A stretch of DNA of 61,125 bases from an uncultured Chloroflexia bacterium (GTDB lineage Bacteria; Chloroflexota; Dehalococcoidia; SZUA-161): assembly GCA_963827295.1 (NCBI GenBank), contig CAWHAI010000017.1:1-61125 (forward strand), given 5' to 3'. Made by a program: the position numbers and the translations under genes. This document shows, in pieces, positions 18,792 to 27,841 of the stretch. The notes beneath the pieces were generated by a model that worked only from the letters and a program-made list of their open reading frames with translations, searched no databases and had not been told where the DNA came from. Position 1 is the first letter of the stretch. The number at the start of each line of letters is the position of its first letter.

Positions 18792-19489
18792 ATGAAGAAA
18801 CAGGTGTTGATCGTAGGACTGGGGCGGTTCGGGGCCAGTCTGGCTACCACCTTCTCCAGCATGGGGCATGATGTGCTGGCTATAGATGATGATGAGAAAA
18901 AGGTCCAGGCGATATCAGCTCAGGTAACCCATGCTGTCCAGGCAGATGCCACCGATGAGGCGGTTCTCAAGGAACTGGGCGTGAGCAACTTCGATGTGGC
19001 TATAGTGACCATGGGTGAGGCGATACAGAACAGCGTGTTGTCTACCATCCTGCTGAAGAAGCTGGGGGTTCCCTATGTAATAGCGAGGGCTGAGAATGAT
19101 TTACACGGAAGCATCCTGGACAAAATCGGGGCTGACAAGGTGGTCTTCCCCGAGCGTGAGATGGGGATTAGGGTGGCTCATGGGTTGACCTTGCGCGATG
19201 TCCAGGACTATATACCGGTAGCCCCTAGCTATGGGGTCGCCAAATTGGAGGCGCTGCCATGCTTCGTGGGGAAGACGCTGTCTGAGCTTGAATTCGGTCG
19301 CGGAGCCAAATGGGGTTTAGCGGTGCTTCTGATTCGCCGGGGAAGGGAGTTATAGTCACTCCAGATCGGACGGAGGTTGTCAGGGAGGGCGATATCCTGA
19401 TAGTATCAGGAAGCGATGACAAGCTAGAGCAGTTCTTACATGAAGCCAAGAAGAATGAGAAGGAGAGGAAGGACGAAAAAGAGCAATAA
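18792..19489 (+). CDS. trkA: TrkA/KtrA-family RCK (NAD-binding) regulatory subunit (1 frame break near 19345)
   Basis: VLIVGLGRFGASLA Rossmann motif. The C-terminal RCK_C part (VIVTPDRTEVVREGDILIVSG) is in the next frame. Confidence 0.8.
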
Positions 19490-19589
19490 AGAGGTTTAAG
19501 CTCAGGGCATTTTATTGGTGTTGAAAATTGTTGAGGCGGTTCGCGAATCGTCTCAACAATTTATTTCAGGGTTCTCGTTGAGGGTTAAC

Positions 19590-20394
19590 TTAGCGGGTTT
19601 TCTCGCGCATTATCCTGAGGAAATCGGCGTGAACGGCCTTGTTGGAGGCTATGACGGAGCCTTCCCAGCTACGCAGGGCTTGCCCTCTAATGTCGGTCAC
19701 TACCCCACCGGCTTCGGCCACCAGCAGGGAGCCGCAGGCAAGCTCCCAGGGATATAGCAGTAGATGAAAGTAAAGGTCGAGCCGGCCGCAGGCGGTGTAG
19801 GCCATGCCCAGGGCTGCGGAGCCCATAATCCTGTAGGCGTACATTTTGGGCCAGAGGGAGGTTATGAACTCCAGCGACTTTTTGCCTTTCTCGTCCACGT
19901 AACCCAGGTCGAGGCCGATGAGCGACTCCTTGACGGTCTTTTTCTTTGTGACATGGATGGGTGAGCCATTGAGGGTGGCCCCCTTGCCCTTCCGGGCTGA
20001 GAACATCTCGTCGCGCAGCGGGTCGTAGACAATGCCCAGCAGAACGTCCTCGCCTCTGGTCAAGGCGATTACGATGGAGAAAAAGGGTATGCCGAAGGAG
20101 TAATTGTTGGTGCCGTCCAGCGGGTCGAGGATCCATTTATAGCTTGAGTCGCCAGTTACAGGCTTGCGATTCCTCGGAGAGTATGCTGTGGTCGGGGTAT
20201 TCGGCTCGCAGGAACGATTTGAGGCAATTTTCCGATTGCAGGTCTATGTCGGTGACGATGTTGGCTCGACCCTTGTACTTGACCTGCGTCTCCTCGCGGA
20301 AATGGGCCTTGAGGATTTCCCCCGCCTGTCTCGCCGCCTCAGTTGCTACCTCCAGAGCACTCTTTCCACTTTTCGATACAGGCAGGGTGGTCAT
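19590..20394 (-). CDS. inositol monophosphatase family protein (1 frame break near 20165)
   Basis: ILSEES.., then WILDPLDGTNNYSFGIPFFS and ..GSAALGMAYTACGRLD. Its ATG overlaps the trpS stop (ATGA). Confidence 0.8.
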
Positions 20395-21368
20395 GGCAGG
20401 CCCATCTTACCCCTGACCTCTTTGATGGTCTCCCTGGCTATGGCATGGGCGCGGCGAGCCCCGTCGGCGAGAACCTCATCTACATATCCGGGCTTCTGGG
20501 CGATCTGGGCCCTCCTCTCGCGGAAGGGGGCCAGGGCTTTGTTTATATTCTCGGCGAGCATTCGCTTGCACTCGACGCAGCCGATTTCCGCTGCTCTGCA
20601 CTTCTTCGCTATTTCATCCAGTTTCAGGGAGGTGTAGAAGTTGTGCAGGCTGTAGATATTGCAGACCTCGGGATGCCCGGGGTCGTTGCGGAACTTGCGG
20701 GCAGGGTCGGTGAAGGCGGCCATTATCCTCCTGGTGGTCTCTTCTGGAGAGGCTGCAAGCTCGATATGGTTATCGAGGCTCTTGCTCATCTTCTTCTCCC
20801 CGTCCAGCCCGAGCACCATGGGGAAGTTGGTGAGCTTGGCCTGGGGTTCGGGGAAGGTGGGGCCGAAGATGTTGTTGAAGCGGCGCACGATCTCCCGCGC
20901 TATCTCCAGGTGGGGCAACTGGTCCTCGCCCACGGGCACGGTATCCGCCTTGTAGAGCACGATGTCTGCGGTCATCAGCACCGGGTAGCCCACCAGCCCG
21001 TAGTTCACATTGTGAGGCTGCATCTTGACCTTTTCCTTGAAGGTGGTGACGCGGAGCAGCCAGCCCAGAGGGGTCACCATGCTGAGCAGGGTATGAAGCT
21101 CCATCACCTCGGGCACGTGGGACTGGACAAAGAGGATGCTTTTCTCGGGGTCGAGCCCCGCCGCCAGCCAGTCGAGCATCATATCGCGGGTATTTGCCTT
21201 GAGCATGTGGGTATCCTCGAGGGTGGTCAGGGCATGGATATCGACGATGCAGTAGATGCAATCGTAGTCCTCCTGAAGCTTCACATAATTCTGGATAGCC
21301 CCCAGGTAGTTGCCGATGTGCTGCTTGCCTGTGGGCCTGGCGCCGGAGAAGACGCGACCCTTTTTCAA
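20391..21368 (-). CDS. trpS: tryptophan--tRNA ligase
   Basis: SGARPTGKQHIGNYLG (HIGH-like) and KMSKS motifs. Likely TTG start at 21368 with an AGGAGG SD. The longer ORF to 21536 runs through a repeat. Confidence 0.9.
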   Translation of the reverse strand: MKKGRVFSGARPTGKQHIGNYLGAIQNYVKLQEDYDCIYCIVDIHALTTLEDTHMLKANTRDMMLDWLAAGLDPEKSILFVQSHVPEVMELHTLLSMVTPLGWLLRVTTFKEKVKMQPHNVNYGLVGYPVLMTADIVLYKADTVPVGEDQLPHLEIAREIVRRFNNIFGPTFPEPQAKLTNFPMVLGLDGEKKMSKSLDNHIELAASPEETTRRIMAAFTDPARKFRNDPGHPEVCNIYSLHNFYTSLKLDEIAKKCRAAEIGCVECKRMLAENINKALAPFRERRAQIAQKPGYVDEVLADGARRAHAIARETIKEVRGKMGLP

Positions 21369-21446
21369 CTCGTTCCTCCTGAAAATATCCAATTGAGTGT
21401 AACACAGAATGAGAGTGAGGGCAAGGTAAGGAGGCCGGATTATGGG

Positions 21447-21575
21447 AGGGGCGACCCGCTGGTCGCCCCTTACGGATATTATTTGGGCATGGCATGGTAA
21501 GGATGGGTAAGAGCGTGAATTGTGTAGGGGCAGCATGCCTGTGCCCTACGGGTTGGAGCGGATAACTTCAGCCTA
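21447..21575 (+). repeat. composite ~100-nt REP unit (family B)
   Basis: aggggcgacccgctggtcgcccc..tacggatattat..gtaggggcagcatgcctgtgccctac-gggttggagcgga. Colinear with 24803-24908. Confidence 0.7.
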
Positions 21576-21621
21576 CCCAATCAGTTCGTCAATATCTAAC
21601 TCCCCGGGTCTCTTTTAGGAA

Positions 21622-21697
21622 AGGGCGGGTTTCAAACCAGCCCCTAAGGTAGAAATGTACAGGGGTGGGCAGGGGTCGTTCCATCGAACACCCCTAC
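21622..21697. repeat. REP-like hairpins (family B)
   Basis: agggcgggtttcaaaccagcccct and gtgggcaggggtcgttccatcgaacacccctac. The latter resembles 32781-32813. Confidence 0.55.
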
Positions 21698-21800
21698 AAG
21701 TGTATACAGTCAACGAAAGTGGGAGAGTTGGGGCTTAGTAATTAACTGCCGCTTGCGAAGCGAGTGCCTGTATGTTGTAAGGCTAAGCGCATTATGATCG

Positions 21801-22358
21801 CTAAGTGCTCTTATACTGTTTACCTATATGCCATGCCTGGGCAAATCGGTTGCCAATCGTCCAATAACCCCTATCATTCATGACGAAAAGAATGGGTCGC
21901 ACTTTGGCGATATCCAGAGTACCGTTTGTAATGACATTCATCCTCACAATAGGTTTCTATAACCTCACCAATAAATATGTCGTGCTTTGGCAAATTAACT
22001 GTCTGAACCAGTTTACATTCCATATTGATGGGGCATTTCCTGATCATTGGTGCCGTCTTCAATATCCGTAAAAAGTCTCAAAGATTTTTGCCTTGTTGAC
22101 GTTTTTGCCAGATACTAATCCGCAATAATCGGTCTCCTGGACCATATCAACAGAGGGAATATTGATGCTGAAAGTGCCCGTTTCTTTGATGCCAATGTTG
22201 GTGTAATGCACTTTATTCATGCCGAGGGATACCGAACCAGGATCCATAATTCCAACGTGTGCTATAGTGATGTAGTTGGGCTTGCCGCCAACATTAGCTC
22301 CAACCAATACGGTGGGCAGCGGGTAGAGACAATTCTTGGCTCCGAGCTTGGATTTCAT
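21801..22358 (-). CDS. flavin reductase-like (FMN-binding split-barrel) protein (2 frame breaks)
   Basis: LYPLPTVLVGANVGGKPNYITIAH... is typical of flavin reductase domains. The C-terminal parts lie in shifted frames near 22060 and 21900. Confidence 0.6.
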
Positions 22359-22446
22359 CGGTTCTCCTTTAAAGGATGAAGGGTGTCATTGTGCAGCAGA
22401 TTATATTGATTTAGCGCTAACACTGCAAGGCTTGTGAAAGAGATTG

Positions 22447-22474
22447 TGTAGGGGCGACCCATTGGGGCACCCCT
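22447..22474. repeat. REP-like hairpin (family B, imperfect)
   Basis: gtaggggcgacccattggggcacccctc. Confidence 0.45.
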
Positions 22475-22522
22475 CATTGTTCATCCTAGTACTTAGATTC
22501 TTCAGAAGCAAAGCGCAAATCT

Positions 22523-24032
22523 TATTCTTGAGTCACGGGTTCGTGATGTGACGGCATGAACCTAAAGACGACAATAGCCCCTACGACGAAGATAGCGCAC
22601 GGAAATGATTGCCATCGTTTGCCAGCCATCCATGAAGCTCTGTTTGGCCGTTTGAGCCAAGGAATTCGCCACTGCCTGAGGCAGTTGCCCCGAGTTTGCA
22701 ATACCGATGGCTACACCTACTGAGTCGCTGGCTTTCTTGGCTAACGCCGCCGGTAGATCAGGGAATAGCCGCTGCCGATTTGACAAAATTAGAGGCATAG
22801 ATGCTGGTGAGAACGGCACCCAGAGCCGCTACGCCGATGGTGCCGGACACCATCCTGAAGACGGTGTTCATAGCGGAGCCGATGCCGGCTTTAGCTTTCG
22901 GTAGGGCCCCCATAATTGCATTCGTGACCGGAGCTATAATGTTGCCCAAGAAGAAAGCAGAAAAGAATAGTTCAGTACCTAATTGCCAGAACGGTGAATC
23001 TATGGTAAATCTCGATATTAAGATAAATAAAATTGCAGTGCCAACGAAACCGATCGCCATGACCCACTTTGTCCCCAGACGTTTTACTGCATTATCGGCC
23101 ATAACAGCTCCCAACAAAATCCCCAGGGCTAGCGGCAAATAGCGCAATCCGGTTCCCAGTGCGTTATAACCTTTGACAAACTGCATGTAGTAGGTCAAGA
23201 CATACTGGAACCCATTCAAGCCCAAGCCCAGAATGACGAGAACTGCGATACCAGCAGAAAAACGGGCTTTCCGGAAAAAACCGATCTCCAACAACGGCTG
23301 AGATGACATTCTCTCCCACAACACAAACAGGGCGATAAGCAGCACAGAGCCAAGCAGTGTTGCGAGCACCTGAGCGTCTGTCCATCCCCGGGAACCGCCG
23401 TTAATCAGTCCATATATCAGCGCTGACAGGCCTGCCAGTGATAATATATTGCCGACAATATCCAGCTTACGCGGGTTGCTATCCCGGCTATCCGGTATCA
23501 GAAACCATCCTAATATCAAGGCTATTACAGCTACGGGGATATTAATCAGAAAAATCGAGTTCCAGTTGAAGTTCTGTACCAGCGCGCCGCCGATAATGGG
23601 CCCCAGAGTATGCGTGATGGCATAAGGCCCGCCCACACCCCGATTGCCCTGCCCCTTTCTTCTCGGGGAATATGTTGGTAAATAGGAGGGGGCGGCAGGC
23701 AGTATCATGGCCGCGCCGGCGCCCATGAAAAACCGCCAGATTATCAGGTGAGTTGCGGTGCCGGAGAGATATGCTCCTATACTTGATAGACCAAAAACAG
23801 CGATACCGGCCTGTAAAAGTCAGACCCGGCCCAGACGGTTGCCGCGCAGAGCGCCTGTAGTCAGCATCAGAGCGCCAAATATCATCGTATAACCATTCAC
23901 CATCCACAGGAGTTCAGAGTTGGTGGCATTCAACTCTCTCTGGATGGTGGGTAAAGCTACGTTCATAACCGTGGCATCCAGTACTATGACCAGTACACTC
24001 AATGATAACAACAAGCGTCCACATCTCTGCAT
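22523..24032 (-). CDS. MFS efflux transporter, DHA2 (EmrB/QacA)-like (at least 3 frame breaks)
   Basis: LDATVMNVALPTIQ..LLWMVNGY (the DHA2 N-terminal hallmark), then many TM helices across fragments 23820-24032, 22758-23726 and 22523-22819. Confidence 0.75.
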
Positions 24033-24099
24033 AGATGCGCTTTCTTTCGTTTCGGTGGTGTCGATCGTCCTTCGGTCATGTCAATTGTCCTCTTGCAAT

Positions 24100-24233
24100 T
24101 AATGCTATAGATTTGGTAATATTGCGCTGGAATTACTCTAATAATTAGATAGTAGCATAATTATTGTAATTGTCAATATGATTTTGTATAATAATTATAA
24201 TTATTTGAGTGGGAAGACAAAAGATGGACGGGT
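24100..24233. promoter_or_regulatory. AT-rich divergent promoter/operator region between the MFS and TetR genes
   Basis: Very AT-rich, with ATAATTAT-type palindromes (ataattattgtaatt...ataataattataattat). Typical layout for a TetR-controlled efflux pair. Confidence 0.3.
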
Positions 24234-24803
24234 TTGAACGAGGAAAGAGCAGAGTAAAGAGAATATTCGAAAGGCAGCAGGGGAGCTCTTTCCAAGTTCG
24301 GTGTAGGTAAAGTCAGTATCAATGAATGCCCGCAAAGCCGGCGTTTCTCAAGCTACAATCTATAACAACTTCGGCAGCAAAGATGGGCTGATTCAAGATT
24401 ATATCCAAACCGTCGCTAACAGGTTTTTTTGAACGCTTCCGCGAAATATCAAAAGCCAACAAACCTTATGGCGAGAAGGTGGAAGACATTGTTCAGTACA
24501 TGATAGAGATGAGCGAGCCTGGTTCCGGATATAGTGATGTTGAAATAATGAATAATCGTCAATTCAAGCAATTTGTGGACTCACTTTTGGAGCAAGTGCA
24601 GAGAGCAATTCTTAGGATTCATTAAGGAAGGCAAGAAAGCAAGGTTATGTTAATCCGGACATTTCGATAGGCGATAGCGGCCTACGTTGAAATCTTCACA
24701 CAAGGAATAAACGCCAATCCGAAACTTCATGCCAGGACGCATCACGATCCCAAACTGTTCCATGACTTGCTTATTGATAATGCTGTATGGCCTCAAGGCA
24801 TAA
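24234..24803 (+). CDS. TetR/AcrR family transcriptional regulator (at least 4 frame breaks)
   Basis: The HTH segment ..AAGELFSKFGVGKVSINE.ARKAGVSQATIYNNFGSKDGLI is readable only by frame hopping. Divergent from the MFS gene. Confidence 0.6.
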
Positions 24804-24991
24804 GGCGACCCGACGGGTCGCCCCCTACGGATATTATCGGGGCATGAGCTGGTAATAAGGGGCAAGAGCTTTGAATGTAGGAAGGGGCACGGCATGCCGT
24901 GCCCCTACTTTGTTTCCAAGAATATTGGTCTGGTGATGACAGGACTACGAGACCTGTTCGTATGGGTAGGGGCGTTCAATTGAGCGGCCTA
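24803..24991 (+). repeat. composite REP unit (family B) plus an extra hairpin
   Basis: ggcgacccgacgggtcgcc..tacggatattat..aggggcacggcatgccgtgcccctac, then gtaggggcgttcaattgagcggcctac. Confidence 0.7.
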
Positions 24992-25096
24992 CGTTTCACC
25001 TCATCCTTCGACAAGTCAGGACAGGCTCTAGCCACTCCCTTCGAGGGAGAGAGATTCTTATTCCAATAGGGTTGCTGGGCTTTGAGCGGAATGTGG

Positions 25097-25348
25097 TTAA
25101 CCGCCACCGATAGAGGGCAGAAATGAGACGGTGTCATTGGGCTTCAGCATGGTGTCAGGAGATGCCTGTTCATGGTTGACGGTGATGAGTAACGTCTCCT
25201 GGTCCAAAGGGAGTTCGGGGTATCGTTGTCTCACGTATTCAAGGGCATCGGTCACTCTCGTCTTTTCAGTTATAGGCATATCTATGCTGTCGGTTTTCGT
25301 TACAGCGCGCTGCATTCCGAGGAACTTGATTGTAACTACTATCTTCAA
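25097..25348 (-). CDS. MoaD/ThiS-family ubiquitin-like sulfur-carrier protein
   Basis: C-terminal ...DTVSFLPSIGGG (di-glycine end), with KIVVTIKFLG at the N-terminus. The start is uncertain (TTG at 25348; the ORF is open to 25414). Confidence 0.6.
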   Translation of the reverse strand: MKIVVTIKFLGMQRAVTKTDSIDMPITEKTRVTDALEYVRQRYPELPLDQETLLITVNHEQASPDTMLKPNDTVSFLPSIGGG

Positions 25349-25394
25349 CGGTAAACTCGTTACGTTCGTAATCGGTGTCTGTTCCCTGTTTACC

Positions 25395-27556
25395 TCAGAC
25401 GCCGAACTCCTCAAGTAGCTGACTTGCCTGTTCGTCCATGAGTCCGAATTTACTCACGGTTTCACGCTTTGGTATAGCTTGGGATGTGAAACCTTTCTCT
25501 TCATAGACAATGTCGCAGAGCTTCTGATAGGCTTGCATTCTTTTTTCGAGGAGAAGTTTATGGCGCTCTTCAAGACTTGCAGGGATACTGCCATCGCCGA
25601 GCTGTTTCTGTAGCCATTCATCATAATATTCGGCTCGAGATTCGTATTCATTGATGTAGGCGGGCCCCATTGCTCTGAGGGGGATCTGGTCGCTGGCCCG
25701 AGTCCCTTTTCCCTGACGCAGATTGATCAGTTTCTGCAGGATGTACAGCCTTTCTGAATCATCCAGAATGTCCTGCAAATTTTTGCTGCTGCCTGTGGTC
25801 GCATTGAGGTACTTGACATAGTAGGCCAGTGTGGGGAGATTCTTCGCGGGCTCACTAGTGTTGGCGGCCTCCGGATTGCGCACGTCGATCCAGGGGAGCT
25901 TGCAGAGACCGGTAGCGTTGAACCAGGTGCGGATCAAGGGGAACCACTTAAGCGCGTTCGCCTTTTGTTCAAAGGTGGGCAGTTCCTTGTGAACCTGGTC
26001 TATGAAGATGAGCCATGCCTCGTCATGCTGCGGCCCCTTGAGAGCGAAGCCGTACCCGCCCTGCTGGGCGAGCGACTCTTTGCTGATGTACATGGAGAAC
26101 TCGAGCCCTTTCACTTCCATGCCGAATTTGTTCAGCTCAGCCATGGCAGCGTGTTCAGAGGTGCCGTGCCGGGCAGCATACTTCTGGGCAACCCATTTCT
26201 TGCCCCTGGCCACACCCTGGCCTGCAACCTTGCCGAAACCTTCTCCGCTGGCTATTTCGTGCAACAGCCTGTCTGCAGCCTCTATGTTGCCGAATGTCAA
26301 CTCATAGCCTATGTCATCAGCAGTCAGAAATCCGCGCTGGAAGCACTCCATGAAGAACGCGATGGTCACGCCTGTGGAAATGGTATCGAGGCCGTATTCA
26401 TCGCAGTACCAGTTGTATTCCATGACGAAATGGGGGTCGAAGATGCCCATGCAGCCGACTGCGCCAACGGTTTCGTACTCAGGCCCGTCAATGCTGACCT
26501 TCTGCCCTGCCCTGGGGCCCCGCGTCAGTTCGACATTTTCGGCACCCTTGGCGCAGGCGAGATTGCATCCGTAGTAGCAGCCATCGGGCATCTTCTTGCT
26601 GAAGTACCTGTCAAGAAAGACGCTGCGCAAAGAGCTTCGGAGACTCAGGGCTCTGCCCGTACTGGTAGTTGTTGATGGGGAAGAGGTGGAATTTGTCCAT
26701 ATACTCGGACAGAACCGTGGTTCCCCAGGCGGACAGGTGAAGCTGTTGAGGGTCGGCTTTTAAGACGACCTCTTTGAGCTGGGAGCCTGCCTGGCGCACG
26801 CCTTCCCGGTCTACGGCATTGTTCCCATTTGCCTTGGGCAGGCTGGAGCGTGCCACAATGGCGCGGAGTCCCTTGAATCGCATGACAGTTCCCGTACCGC
26901 CCCTGCCAGCCTGCTTGGAGCGGATGCGGTCGCGCTTTCTGTCATAAAAGAGGCTGTTGACAATCCCGAACCTGGCGTGGCGCGCGCCTTCCCCCACGGT
27001 TACGGCGGCAACGGAGTCGCTATACTCTCCGCCGTTGACATCTCTTCAGCAGTCTTTCGCCAAAGGAGAGGGAGCCATCATCTATTTCCTTGCCGTAAGA
27101 AGGCGCAGCGGCGATGCTGATGGTTCCGGCATCGCCATCAACCAGAATGACCACATCTTTTGTGGATATCCCGGAAACAGCCAGTGCATCAAAGCCTGCG
27201 AGCTTCAGCAGCGGCGCGAAATGGCCGCCGACATTGGAATCGATAAACGTGTCGGTCAGGGGCGAAATAGTGCCGACGATGAATTTGCCGGTTCCCGGGA
27301 ATCCCGGCTCATTGCCCAGCGGCCCGCTGGCCATTACCAGGATATTATCAGGGCTGTCATAGCGGGTCTCCCGTGTGGTGCCGTCCCAGATCAGTTTCAG
27401 GGCATATCCCCGGCCGCCGATGTATTTGTTCTTGAAATCGGGCGGAAGTTCTTGAATCGCGATTTCCTGCTTGCCCAGATCAACCCTGAGTATCCGGTCT
27501 GTGTATCCACCCACAACTTTGGCGGGTTCATATTTGATTTGCCGTAATATTTGCAT
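25395..27556 (-). CDS. tungsten-type aldehyde:ferredoxin oxidoreductase (AOR family) (2 frame breaks)
   Basis: N-terminus GGYTDRILRVDL..IGGRGYALKL..SGPL. Middle RSKQAGRGGTG. The C-terminal 411 aa carry GCNLAC, the AOR domain 2/3 hallmark. Breaks near 27010 and 26625. Confidence 0.85.
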
Positions 27557-27702
27557 ACCGACTTCCGTTACTTTCTATTTGATCAGCGTTGTGAACGACA
27601 ATGGTTATTATAACCTTTTAGGCGGCTCGTAATCAAAGCTCATTCAAATTCTCTGAGGTTGAATAGAAAGTGGCACAAAGCGGAGAATTGTCCAGAGGTG
27701 GG

Positions 27703-27727
27703 GAGGGGTTCAATTGAACGTCCCCTA
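27703..27727. repeat. REP-like hairpin (family B)
   Basis: ggggaggggttcaattgaacgtcccct. Confidence 0.5.
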
Positions 27728-27730
27728 AGA

Positions 27731-27795
27731 CTACATTTCCCCATAGAGTTGCAGGGTTTTGTAGATAGCGTTAGCCCCGAAGTCCAAGCCTCCGC
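27731..27795 (-). pseudogene. remnant of the 3' end of an M20-peptidase paralog
   Basis: The minus strand reads ..LDFGANAIYKTLQLYGEM*. This nucleotide stretch is clearly homologous to the true M20 3' end at 32814-32875 (..LAFGANAIYKALQRYHA*). Confidence 0.5.
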
Positions 27796-27841
27796 AAGGC
27801 TCTTGAGGGGTAGCGCAGCGCCGCCGACCTAGATGCGTGCT

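Noticed and set aside
20343-21500. 385-aa plus-strand ORF covering the whole trpS locus.
   Set aside because: It is antisense to a gene with clear class I aaRS motifs, its composition is low-complexity (G/A/L/V/H-rich), and it has no motif. It is a typical high-GC shadow ORF.
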